IMG/VR virus record: IMGVR_UViG_3300020176_000013
Location: 6,837-70,836 of that record
Strand: one strand, 5' to 3'
Origin: a virus
DNA: 64,000 bases
Position 1 is the first letter of the stretch. Each line of letters starts with the position of its first letter. The position numbers and the translations under genes are program-made. Below the pieces are notes generated by a model. The model did no database searches. It had not been told where the DNA came from and saw nothing but the letters and a program-made list of their open reading frames with translations. This document shows positions 18,930 to 28,445 of the stretch, in pieces.

Positions 18930-20684
18930 ATGTACGCAAATCAATTAATTAACGAGGCTGAGGTTCAAAAGACCTGGGGCCCTATCATTGAGGAGGCTAC
19001 TGGTATCACTGAAAAGTCTAAGTTATCTTGGATGTCTAAGTACTGCCACTACCACAACCTTAATGAGAGTGTATATAATACTGTACACTTAAATCCTAAC
19101 ATGAATGTTCAAGGTATGAACGCTGTGGAATTCCCAAGCGATCCTACTACAATGAACAACTTCAACAACGGTATGACTTCTGGTTCTGGTGACAGACCAT
19201 TTTCTTTGTTGCCACTTGCTATGCAGGTTGCTGCTCAGACTGTAGGTTTAGACTTAGTACCTGTTGTACCAATGCAAGGTCCTATGGGAGTTCTTACTTA
19301 CTTAGACTTTGTATACGGTGGAGGTAGAGTAACAGATGCTGGTGGTAAAGTTACCGATTCTGCTCCTCTTTTAATTAAAGCTCCATTGACAATGGCGTCT
19401 GGTGTTGCTGCTTTAGCTGTAAATGATCTCGTTTACGCTTCTTCTGCTGCAAGAACTGGTACTGAAGGTGCATCTTACGAATTAACTTACGTAGGAAAAT
19501 CTAGAATTGACGGTTACGCAATCTTCCGTGTAAGAGGTAACGGTACTTTAGATCCAACTACTGCAGGTTCTTTCGCTCAAGGTGAAGAAGGTTATGAAGC
19601 TATTTACGAAGCTGTTGCAAACGCTGTAAATTTCTATGATGCTGCTGCTGCTCAAGCTGGTGATGTAGTTGGTACTTGGGACGGTGCTGCTGAGTATGTT
19701 AAAGCTTTAGAAGATCACATTCCTGGATTCTCCGGTAATGCTTTTGAAGATAACAACCCATTAAACGGTGCTCCTACCTTTACTAATGAATCTATTGATG
19801 GAACTGATCCTTACCAAAGAGGTGTAGGTGAAGCCACTCCGGATAACATTATGGGATTAAGCTTGTTTAACAAGTCAGTTGCTGCTAAGACTTACCAAGT
19901 TGCTGCCGCTGTGACCAGAGAGCAAGTTCAAGATCTTAAGCAATTCGGAATTGATGCAGTTGCTCAAGTAGAAGCTGTATTGGTTAATGAGTTAACTCAG
20001 TCAATCAACAAATACATCTTGGATAGAATCTTCAGAAATGGAGCTCAAAATTCAACTAATGTAAACGCTGTTGATGGATTGAACTTATCTATTTACTTAG
20101 GTAATGCTGCTGATGCTGCTACTGCTACTGTAAACTTAGGTCCAGGTAATGGAACTAACACTAACGTAACTTATACATTGAATAAGACGTTGGTAGGAAC
20201 AGGTGGTGAAACACAAGGATCATTACAACGTAGATTGTATACTAAGATTCTTGCTGCTTCTAACTTGATCGCAACAAGAGGTCGTAGAGGTCCTGCTACC
20301 TTCGCAGTATGTTCTGGAGAAATTGCTACGGCACTTCAGGATATCGCAGGTTTCGTACCTTACCCACTATCAAATACAATCAACCAAGCCGGCGGATCTT
20401 TATATCCAATCGGTGCTTTGGCTGGTGTAACTATTTATGTTGATCCAAACATGGCTTGGACTGACTATAGAGTTGCTGTAGGTAGAAAAGGTGATGGTAA
20501 TTCTCCTGGTTTGGTATTCATGCCTTACTTAATGGCTGAATCTGTTGAAACAATCGCAGAAGGAACTATGGCTCCTAAAATCGCGGTTAAATCTAGATTC
20601 ACTTTAGTAGACGCTGGATTCCACCCAGAAACTATGTACTACACTGTAGGATTCGCATTCGGTGCTTCTGTATCGATCATCTAA
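18930..20684 (+). CDS. gp23: Major capsid protein (gp23-like)
   Basis: DLVPVVPMQGPMG, TREQVQDLK, ELTQSINK, TRGRRGPATF, FMPY, PKIAVKSR; strongly biased codon usage. Confidence 0.93.
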   Translation: MYANQLINEAEVQKTWGPIIEEATGITEKSKLSWMSKYCHYHNLNESVYNTVHLNPNMNVQGMNAVEFPSDPTTMNNFNNGMTSGSGDRPFSLLPLAMQVAAQTVGLDLVPVVPMQGPMGVLTYLDFVYGGGRVTDAGGKVTDSAPLLIKAPLTMASGVAALAVNDLVYASSAARTGTEGASYELTYVGKSRIDGYAIFRVRGNGTLDPTTAGSFAQGEEGYEAIYEAVANAVNFYDAAAAQAGDVVGTWDGAAEYVKALEDHIPGFSGNAFEDNNPLNGAPTFTNESIDGTDPYQRGVGEATPDNIMGLSLFNKSVAAKTYQVAAAVTREQVQDLKQFGIDAVAQVEAVLVNELTQSINKYILDRIFRNGAQNSTNVNAVDGLNLSIYLGNAADAATATVNLGPGNGTNTNVTYTLNKTLVGTGGETQGSLQRRLYTKILAASNLIATRGRRGPATFAVCSGEIATALQDIAGFVPYPLSNTINQAGGSLYPIGALAGVTIYVDPNMAWTDYRVAVGRKGDGNSPGLVFMPYLMAESVETIAEGTMAPKIAVKSRFTLVDAGFHPETMYYTVGFAFGASVSII

Positions 20685-20712
20685 TTCTATTTAGGTATAT
20701 AAATACTTTAAG

Positions 20713-20741
20713 AAAGGTTCGCCGAAAGGCGGACCTTTTTT
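20713..20741 (+). terminator. Intrinsic terminator after the major capsid gene
   Basis: AAAGGTTCGCC-GAAA-GGCGGACCTTT followed by T's. Confidence 0.88.
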
Positions 20742-20782
20742 GTTTTAATATCTCTAATATATAATAAAATCAAAATATAGTA

Positions 20783-21877
20783 ATGAGAAAGGTAAAATCA
20801 TACGATGAATTTGTAAATGAAAATATTGGAGCTGCATTAGGTAGTCCTGTTAAATTTGTAAAGATTAAAAATAATGCTAAAAAGTATCAACAGGCTAAAG
20901 TACAACAGGCTTTAAATAATGTTGACTTTGAAAAGAAAAAGCAAGCATCTAAAGGTGACTTAGATAAAAAGGCAATGGATACTCTTAAGGCTGCTAATGC
21001 TGCAAAGAATCAGGCCCTTAAAGATAAAGCAAGTGCTATTAATCAGAGAATGAAAGATTTGGCTACCACAGATGGTCTTAAAAAAGTTGTAACTCTTGCT
21101 ACAACTAAAGCAAATGTAGCAGCAGCAGAAACTGCACTTAAATCAGCAGATGCCGAAGAAACTAAACAACTAAAAGTTAGAATTCAAAAACTTAACAAAA
21201 GAGCCGCCGATGCTCAGAGTGATCTTAAGGATTATGAATCTTCTGCAAAGGAAGAGCCACAACAAAAGAATGAACCGGCTACACAGAAAGTAGATGATGT
21301 TGGTAAAAATGAAGATCCTCAGGGCGATGCTAAAAAGAAAGCTGTAGAAGATGCACAAAAAGAAGTAGATAAAGCAAAGGCAGCATATGACGCAGTTAAA
21401 GACGGTGATGATGAAAAGGCTAAACTTCAAGCTGAAATCAAATTTAAACAAGCACAACAGAAAAAAGCTAAGGCTGAAGGTAATACTGAATTAGTACAAG
21501 GGCTTGGTGATGACATAGGAGAAGTTATGAAAAAGATACAGGATTTAGATAAAACTCCTGATGATCCTACTGCAAAATTAGAAGCTGATATTAAAGCCTA
21601 TAATGATAACATAGAAGCTGAACGAACTACTATGAATAAAGCTGTTAAAGATTTAGAACAGGCCAAAAGAGATTTAAAAACTGGTAGAGGTTCAGAAGAA
21701 CAGGTTCAAAAATTACAAAAGGCAATCGAAGATAGTAAAGAAGATATTGCTGAACTTAAGAAAAAGGAAGCTGATGCTAAAAAGCAATTAGCAAATTTAT
21801 CAAAACCTAACGAATCATTTCAACCGCTTGAGGAATCTGTTTCCGAAAAGTTTAGAAGGTTAATGAAGAATGTATAA
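20783..21877 (+). CDS. Lys/Ala-rich coiled-coil probable internal head protein
   Basis: N-terminus VKSYDEFVNE resembles the T4 capsid-targeting sequence; late motif upstream. Confidence 0.55.
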   Translation: MRKVKSYDEFVNENIGAALGSPVKFVKIKNNAKKYQQAKVQQALNNVDFEKKKQASKGDLDKKAMDTLKAANAAKNQALKDKASAINQRMKDLATTDGLKKVVTLATTKANVAAAETALKSADAEETKQLKVRIQKLNKRAADAQSDLKDYESSAKEEPQQKNEPATQKVDDVGKNEDPQGDAKKKAVEDAQKEVDKAKAAYDAVKDGDDEKAKLQAEIKFKQAQQKKAKAEGNTELVQGLGDDIGEVMKKIQDLDKTPDDPTAKLEADIKAYNDNIEAERTTMNKAVKDLEQAKRDLKTGRGSEEQVQKLQKAIEDSKEDIAELKKKEADAKKQLANLSKPNESFQPLEESVSEKFRRLMKNV

Positions 21878-22361
21878 AGTCCGTAAGATAAACTTTGGAT
21901 GGTATAAAAGGAGGCATGGTATTCTATTAGAGAATCTGCCTCCTTTAAAGCAACGATTTATGATAGAGAATAATTATCTTAAATGGTTGGATTCTGATAT
22001 TCAGGCATTTGAAGTTATCTTTAAGGTTGAGGATATGAATGAGCATGAAAAAAATCCTAACCGTATCCTTTGGAATCCTTTTAGAGAAACCTTTACAAAT
22101 ATTAAAGAATTAGAAAAAGACTCCGATTTAGTAGATTGGAATTGTGGAATCTGTAAAGTAGAAATTAAATCCCGGATGGATTCTAAAAAGGTTGAAAACT
22201 TTGTATGTAAGAAATGCTCAGAGGCACATAACTCACGGAATAAAAGGGTCGATCAAAGGATAATAGATTCGTCCATTAAATTTACTAAACACTGTAAATC
22301 TCTTCTAAAAGGTGAACAAAGGGAGTTTCTCACTTATGTACGCAGATCATCTAAAAGATAA
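21870..22361 (+). CDS. Hypothetical zinc-ribbon protein
   Basis: CGIC...CKKC. Confidence 0.6.
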   Translation: MYKVRKINFGWYKRRHGILLENLPPLKQRFMIENNYLKWLDSDIQAFEVIFKVEDMNEHEKNPNRILWNPFRETFTNIKELEKDSDLVDWNCGICKVEIKSRMDSKKVENFVCKKCSEAHNSRNKRVDQRIIDSSIKFTKHCKSLLKGEQREFLTYVRRSSKR

Positions 22362-23135
22362 TGCTTCTTCTATTGATATCTTTTTAAATGTGTTAAGTTT
22401 ACTTGTAAGGCATGCATTAAATATTTGAATGTCTTTACCTTTTAACTCATTTTTTAGAATTTCAAATCCTGGTAAAAATTGATTCTTATAAATATTTTCG
22501 CCGGTTGCAGCAGTAGGATACCCATCATGAAAATGACTAGACTTACCGTCGTTTCCCATATCATAACCTAATAAGACTATTCGTTTGGCTCCTAAGTGAA
22601 TTGCTAAATTAATAGCTGCATATCCGCTATTATTACCATGAGCCAATGTATCAGGAGATTCCTCAAATCCAAATTTTCTTCCTCTTTTAAGAATATGAAC
22701 ATCGTTAGAGTATTGCCTAGGCCTAATGGTAAATTTTAATCCTTTGTAATTATTAATTTCTTTTTCTAACCAGGTCCAAACTCTACCATCTGTCCAATAC
22801 ATAGCATCAGCTTCTGGCCAAAACTTTATGGCTTTATTAATGGCAATGCTTTTTTTGTTTCTTAATCTATTCCAGTCAAACCCTTTAAGGGATGGACCTC
22901 CACCTATAAGATAAACAGTTTGCCCTTTCCATATAGGACTAACCTTTTTAAACACTTTAGGTGTAACATAAGGCACAGGTTTATTTTTACCTCCTTTCAT
23001 TTGTGCTGGCGAAACTACCTTTTTAACTACATTCTTTTTAACAGACCCTCTGGTTATCTGTGAAGGTTGATTTGAAGAATTGTCTTTAGGCAATGTAATT
23101 ACTACAGTTTTCTTAATTTTTCTTACTCTTCTCAT
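22347..23135 (-). CDS. DUF115/Maf/MptE-like (glycosyltransferase-related) protein with a basic N-terminal extension
   Basis: VYLIGGGPSL, AIN, NNSGYAAINLAIHLGAKRIVLLGYD, HFH. The only convincing minus-strand gene. Confidence 0.75.
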   Translation of the reverse strand: MRRVRKIKKTVVITLPKDNSSNQPSQITRGSVKKNVVKKVVSPAQMKGGKNKPVPYVTPKVFKKVSPIWKGQTVYLIGGGPSLKGFDWNRLRNKKSIAINKAIKFWPEADAMYWTDGRVWTWLEKEINNYKGLKFTIRPRQYSNDVHILKRGRKFGFEESPDTLAHGNNSGYAAINLAIHLGAKRIVLLGYDMGNDGKSSHFHDGYPTAATGENIYKNQFLPGFEILKNELKGKDIQIFNACLTSKLNTFKKISIEEALSFR

Positions 23136-23208
23136 TGCAGATTTTTTTATTTATTTGATTTGAAACCTTATCCTTTTTTTGCATATAAAAATAAATCTAT
23201 CTTATTTT

Positions 23209-24171
23209 ATGAAAAATATGCAAAACATACTTTTGACTGAAAAGTACAGACCACAGTCTCTAGATGATCTCATAACCCCAAAAAGAGTAGGCGATAAATT
23301 AAGTAAAGGTGTTTACCAACATTTATTATTACATGGTAGCCCAGGGACTGGCAAAACTTCAGCTGCTAAGGCATTAGTAAAACACTTTAAGCACCCTTAT
23401 CTTTACATTAATGCATCAACTGATACCTCTGTTGATGTTGTTAGAAATAGAATTACAGACTTTTGTGCTAATCGTTCTATCATGGATGAACCTGGGAAAA
23501 TGAAGGTTATTATTCTTGATGAGATTGATGGTGTGTCTGACCAATTCTTTAAAGCATTGAGAGCTACTATGGATCAATTTAATGTTAATGCAAGATTTAT
23601 TGCAACATGTAATTACATTAACAAAGTACCTGATCCAATACAATCAAGATTTGAAATGATTGATTTTGATTTTTCCAAAGAAGAAGAAACCGAAATAATG
23701 AAAAGCTACATTATGAGAGTTTTTCAAATCTGTAAAGAAGAAGGTATTGGAATAGATAAACATGCAGCGGTGGAGTTAGTAAAAAGAAAATTCCCTGATT
23801 TAAGAAATATGTTAAATCAGTTACAAGGTTTTAAATCACAAGGCTTAGAAACAATAACTGTTGATGATATTAAGAAGTTTAGTTCGGTGTATAGAGATAT
23901 TTATGATTTGGTAATAGATGGTGAAGATCCTGTTAAAAATTATCAATATATGCTATCTAATTATGCCAATAGAACAGATGACGTACTTTCTTCATTAGGT
24001 GCTGAATTTATAGAATTTATAAAACAAGATAGACAATCATATATTCAATTTATACCACAAATAATTGTAACAGTAGCAAAATACCAATCTCAACGTCAAC
24101 TTGTAATTGATCCTGCTGTATCAATGCTTGCGTGTATATATGAATTACAAACAATAGTTAATGGAGCATGA
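23209..24171 (+). CDS. gp44: Clamp loader AAA+ subunit (gp44/RFC)
   Basis: EKYRPQSL, GSPGTGKTS, ILDEID, TCNY, IQSRF, FPDLR. Confidence 0.93.
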   Translation: MKNMQNILLTEKYRPQSLDDLITPKRVGDKLSKGVYQHLLLHGSPGTGKTSAAKALVKHFKHPYLYINASTDTSVDVVRNRITDFCANRSIMDEPGKMKVIILDEIDGVSDQFFKALRATMDQFNVNARFIATCNYINKVPDPIQSRFEMIDFDFSKEEETEIMKSYIMRVFQICKEEGIGIDKHAAVELVKRKFPDLRNMLNQLQGFKSQGLETITVDDIKKFSSVYRDIYDLVIDGEDPVKNYQYMLSNYANRTDDVLSSLGAEFIEFIKQDRQSYIQFIPQIIVTVAKYQSQRQLVIDPAVSMLACIYELQTIVNGA

Positions 24172-24332
24172 CACCAGAATTTTTAGAATTACTTATTAAA
24201 GAATATCCTAATAATTATACGTTAGGAGATGCAGTTAGAAGGTTTAAATGGTTAAAGACAGAGTATCCTGATTTGAACATTATTGAATTAGAAAATAAAT
24301 TTATGGATGATAACTTTCAATCTAAACCATAA
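24168..24332 (+). CDS. Small hypothetical protein (54 aa, not in the ORF track)
   Basis: ATGA overlap with the gp44 stop; MTPEFLELLIKEYPNNYTLGDAVRRF... Confidence 0.6.
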   Translation: MTPEFLELLIKEYPNNYTLGDAVRRFKWLKTEYPDLNIIELENKFMDDNFQSKP

Positions 24333-24362
24333 CCTGTTATATTTAAATAAAATACACACTAT

Positions 24363-25589
24363 ATGAAAAAAACAGGTAGACATACTTTTGTTATAGATGG
24401 CAATTATTTTTTATTTAGAACCCTCTATGTAATTCCAAGTAGATCCAAAAAGGCAGGTTTACTAGGAACTGATGAAGACGTTCAGTCTTTTGTAAAAAAG
24501 CTCGCAACAGATTTTGCATATCAAGTTAGGCTTTTTGAAGGTCTTATTGATAAAATTGTGTGGACTGTAGATTCAAGATCATGGAGAAAGGACTTTTACC
24601 CAGAAGCCGATTATAAGGGTAATCGTAAACAAGACAGTAACATTAACTGGGATAATTTCTCAAAGGCTACATCTGATTTTATTTCTATCTTATCTAAACA
24701 GGGTGTTATTATTTCTAAAATTGATGGCGCTGAAGGTGATGATCTTATGTATGCATGGAATACTGAATCTCTTGCAAATGATAAATCAGTAATTATGTTT
24801 ACTGGTGATAGAGACCTTGTCCAATTAGTTGATAAGAGTAAAAACAATAACACTCATACTATTCTGTTTTCACCTGCTCATAAGAAGCTGTATACTTATC
24901 AAGGTTTTTCTGAGTGGATGAATACTGAAAATACTGAAGAATCTTCTGATAATGTATTTGATGTACTCAAAACGTCAGTCTCACCAGAAAATCAAGCTAA
25001 GAAATTACTTAAAGAATTGGTCCGTAAGAAAAAGGTATCTATTATAGAAGTTGATCCTGAAGACTTCCGCTTCCGTAAAGTTCTTACTGGTGATGCTGGT
25101 GATAATGTACCTCCTGCATATTACTATACTTCTAAAAATCGCAGATACGGTATCAGTGAGAAAAAGGCAACTGCTATTATTGCAGAGTTTAAGGAAAAGC
25201 ATGGCCATCTTTCTCATATGTATCTTTATAATGATGAGTATGTTACTGACCTGGCAAATATGACTGTGCGAGTTATGAATGCCAAGCATATGAGCCGAGA
25301 GCAAATCATTTCTAATATTAAGTCTAATGTAAACCTTATGGTTCTTGCCGCGGAATCAATCCCAGAGGGTATTCTTGATGAAATGTTTAAATCTGTTGAA
25401 TCAAAATTAAATCTTAAAGGATTACAGTTAAAGTCCATTTCAACTATGAAATCTTTATTGGAAGGAACTGAATATGCCAAAGAGATTGATAATTCTTTTA
25501 AGGCGTCATTCTTTAAAGATGACGATTCCGATGATAATAATGATATGTCTTTTATCAAAGGAAATAAATCACAAAATAAAATGTTTTAG
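24363..25589 (+). CDS. rnh: RNase H / 5'-3' flap exonuclease
   Basis: VIDGNY, WRKDFYP..YKGNR, EGDD, TGDRDLVQL, LTGDAGDNVP. Confidence 0.9.
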   Translation: MKKTGRHTFVIDGNYFLFRTLYVIPSRSKKAGLLGTDEDVQSFVKKLATDFAYQVRLFEGLIDKIVWTVDSRSWRKDFYPEADYKGNRKQDSNINWDNFSKATSDFISILSKQGVIISKIDGAEGDDLMYAWNTESLANDKSVIMFTGDRDLVQLVDKSKNNNTHTILFSPAHKKLYTYQGFSEWMNTENTEESSDNVFDVLKTSVSPENQAKKLLKELVRKKKVSIIEVDPEDFRFRKVLTGDAGDNVPPAYYYTSKNRRYGISEKKATAIIAEFKEKHGHLSHMYLYNDEYVTDLANMTVRVMNAKHMSREQIISNIKSNVNLMVLAAESIPEGILDEMFKSVESKLNLKGLQLKSISTMKSLLEGTEYAKEIDNSFKASFFKDDDSDDNNDMSFIKGNKSQNKMF

Positions 25590-25592
25590 AAT

Positions 25593-26522
25593 ATGAAAAT
25601 TTGCAAAATATTATGGTCAACCAACAGGTTAGAATATCTGATACCTACATTACAAACATCAGATGAATTTATAGATTGGGGAGACCATGAAGTAGATGGT
25701 ATATTTATTGATGATATGCCAACTGATAGAAATGATGAGACTATGAGGTTCTTAGCAGAATCTCATGGTTATAATTACATAAGACTTCATGAAGAAAATA
25801 AAGGATTAACTAATACGTGGGAAGAGTCAATCGATATCTTATCTAATTTAGAAAAAGATTATGATTTTATTTGGCACCAAGAAGATGATCTAATCATAAA
25901 TAATTACATTAAGATAGATGATCTAATAAATTACTTAGATGAAAATAAATGGTGTTTACAGGTAGTTTTAGCTTATCAAGCTGAATGGTATTCGAAGCAG
26001 TCTGATCGTAAAATTAGTGAGTTACCTTTAACAAAGTGGAATAATTATCACATCATATCTAAAAATCATTTTAATGATTGTACATTTGATACATCATTTT
26101 CATTAACCAGAGCCAAAGAATTTTTAGATGCAATTAAAATGTGGAAAGAAGATGCCATTCCTGAACTAGTGGAACTTGCTGTTCATTCAGATTACATAAA
26201 AGAGCACGTATTTTGCGAGGGCGGTATATGGTACGTAATGAATGCATACAATAATATTATTAATGATAAGTCAGAAAAAAATCATTGGGCAATTTCTTTT
26301 TATAGTGAAGATAAGAAAAATTTAGTTGAACATGTTGGTGAGTGGTCTTGGGGTCAAAGAGTACCACCGTGGTTGGTTAAAGGTAAGATTGATGCTTTGG
26401 AAAAATCTCCAGATATTTGGGATGATGGTCATAAATACCAAGTTAGTAAAATGAAAGAAATGATGGAAGACCCTAGTAAAAAAGTCTCGTCTCGTACTTG
26501 GGAAAGATTGGATGAATCATAA
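25593..26522 (+). CDS. GT-A (GT2-like) glycosyltransferase
   Basis: STNRLEYL..TL, FIDD, NKGL, WHQEDD, EHVG. Confidence 0.65.
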   Translation: MKICKILWSTNRLEYLIPTLQTSDEFIDWGDHEVDGIFIDDMPTDRNDETMRFLAESHGYNYIRLHEENKGLTNTWEESIDILSNLEKDYDFIWHQEDDLIINNYIKIDDLINYLDENKWCLQVVLAYQAEWYSKQSDRKISELPLTKWNNYHIISKNHFNDCTFDTSFSLTRAKEFLDAIKMWKEDAIPELVELAVHSDYIKEHVFCEGGIWYVMNAYNNIINDKSEKNHWAISFYSEDKKNLVEHVGEWSWGQRVPPWLVKGKIDALEKSPDIWDDGHKYQVSKMKEMMEDPSKKVSSRTWERLDES

Positions 26523-26562
26523 ACAAACTGCAAAGTTATTCATATAAATATAAAATAGGTTA

Positions 26563-26982
26563 ATGAAATTATTTGATTACATAAAGGTTTTGTTTGGTAA
26601 AGATCAACACTGGGATAAGTTATCTAATTATGATAAATCTAAAAATTCATTTATGACTAATAGATTTATGAGTATTAAGTTCCCAATCCAAGCTAACTTA
26701 TTTAACTCTCTTAAAATAGACCCCGTTGGCCAAGCCGAGGCATGGCGCTTAGTATCATCTAAATTTAATAGAGTACCTGGTTTTATTTACACAAAAGTAA
26801 AAAAGACACAAAAGCAAAAGGAAAAGGAATGGGCTCCTAATCCAAAGGCATTAGAATTTTACATGAAACTTAATGAGATTGGGGAAAGAGAATATAGAGA
26901 AGCATTAAAATACAATCCATCACTAATTCAATCCTCGATAGATATATTAGAAAAACAGATGGGAAATGATGCTAATAGATAA
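26563..26982 (+). CDS. Clamp loader small subunit (gp62-like)
   Basis: LFDYIK...SFMTNRFMS...FIYTKVKK pattern, size and context. Confidence 0.55.
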   Translation: MKLFDYIKVLFGKDQHWDKLSNYDKSKNSFMTNRFMSIKFPIQANLFNSLKIDPVGQAEAWRLVSSKFNRVPGFIYTKVKKTQKQKEKEWAPNPKALEFYMKLNEIGEREYREALKYNPSLIQSSIDILEKQMGNDANR

Positions 26983-27634
26983 TACCTTCGAATTAGGAAT
27001 ACCTACACATATTTCTTTTGTCCTATTTAAGTATGACTATTTTGATAGCATCATAATAAGTAGAGTTAAAAAAGAATGCAAAAACCTATCTAAAGTAGAT
27101 GGTGAATATACAGTAAAGGTATCTTCGTTTATTAATGCAATTAAAACCTCTAAAAGAATTAGAAATGAAATTGAAAAGGTACAAGATTTAGGTTTAATTC
27201 CTGATCCTTCAATAAAGCCTAATTCAATTTATTTTTTATGGTCAATTTTTAGAAAGTTAGAAAACATTCAGTTTTTAACATTTACTGTTAATAACGATAA
27301 AAAATATACGCGACTTATTAAGAATGAAAATGGTTTACCGATTCATAGTTTTCATTTTAAAATAGTTGAAGGAATTTTTGATTTAACACAGATTTTTTCT
27401 AGGGAAGAATTAGATAAATTTAACAAAACTCTTATCGAGTTTAAAATTCTTAAAAATAAGTATCTTGAGAGAAAGCCTTATTTCTACATGAAGGCAACTG
27501 CCATAATAGACATTTTAGCTTCAATGGAGATTGATGGTAAAATAGATATGTTTAACATAGTGGATCATATTGACCCTAAGTTGGAGGAAGATGATCCTAC
27601 ATTGATTGTAAAAACTGATTATACCCCGTTCTAA
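26966..27634 (+). CDS. Hypothetical protein
   Basis: 222-aa ORF coupled to both neighbours. Confidence 0.6.
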   Translation: MMLIDNTFELGIPTHISFVLFKYDYFDSIIISRVKKECKNLSKVDGEYTVKVSSFINAIKTSKRIRNEIEKVQDLGLIPDPSIKPNSIYFLWSIFRKLENIQFLTFTVNNDKKYTRLIKNENGLPIHSFHFKIVEGIFDLTQIFSREELDKFNKTLIEFKILKNKYLERKPYFYMKATAIIDILASMEIDGKIDMFNIVDHIDPKLEEDDPTLIVKTDYTPF

Positions 27635-28155
27635 TGTTAAAAAGAGAATCTTATACATTTAATGGAATTTCTGAATTGCCTTCTGTTTCTTGGAATCAAT
27701 ATTTTAGTAATTCAGCAATAGGAAATGAATATGAGGTTTTATGGGATACTGATACTAAAGAGCTGTTAATGTCTAATACTGAAGTTGAACATTCAACCAA
27801 TAAACTTTTTTTTGACTCTATCTTTAATGAATGTAATGTTTTATCAATTGGGTATGGCATAGGATTTATTAATGAAATGATTAGAAAAAGGAATGCACGC
27901 TTAACAGTCATTGAAAAAAACCAAGAAGTGATTAATCTTGAAACCAAAAACATTGATGATATTAGAGTTATCATTGGAGATGCGTTTAATTTTAATTATG
28001 AAAGTATATTTGAAAACGAAAAATTCGATATAGTTTACTGGGATCCTTCTGGCGGAAATGAAAATTTATTTGTACCATGGGACCAGCTTAAATCTATTTT
28101 AAAGCCTAACGGTAAGATCATTGCTTGGAATATTGGCGGAAGTTCAGAGATGTAG
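27634..28155 (+). CDS. Class I SAM-dependent methyltransferase (spermidine-synthase-like fold)
   Basis: VLSIGYGIG, TVIEKN, IGDAF, FDIVYWD, LKPNG. Confidence 0.8.
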   Translation: MLKRESYTFNGISELPSVSWNQYFSNSAIGNEYEVLWDTDTKELLMSNTEVEHSTNKLFFDSIFNECNVLSIGYGIGFINEMIRKRNARLTVIEKNQEVINLETKNIDDIRVIIGDAFNFNYESIFENEKFDIVYWDPSGGNENLFVPWDQLKSILKPNGKIIAWNIGGSSEM

Positions 28156-28181
28156 AATATATAAACAAATAATGTTTGTAT

Positions 28182-28442
28182 ATGAAAAAGATAATTAATT
28201 GGGTCAGTGGGCTCTTACGAGACGAAAAAGGTACACCTTCATCAAAAAGATTTATTGGTATAGTTGCAGGTCTTTCTTTATGTGCAGCTTTATTTATTAA
28301 TCTTTATACTGAACACCCGGTAGAACCATCAATTGTAAATGCAGTTGCTGCTATTTGTATCGGCGGTTTAGGATTAGCTTCAGCTGATAAAATCTGGGCT
28401 AAGAAAACCAGTGAAAGTAAGGAACAACAAATAAACTCATAA
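28182..28442 (+). CDS. Small two-TM membrane protein (holin candidate)
   Basis: SSKRFIG plus two hydrophobic helices and a charged C-tail; late motif upstream. Confidence 0.55.
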   Translation: MKKIINWVSGLLRDEKGTPSSKRFIGIVAGLSLCAALFINLYTEHPVEPSIVNAVAAICIGGLGLASADKIWAKKTSESKEQQINS

Positions 28443-28445
28443 TTA

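Noticed and set aside
24324-24350. Middle-type promoter before rnh
   Set aside because: AAAC is present but there is no TATAA at 17-18 nt spacing, so it was not counted among the 12 sites.
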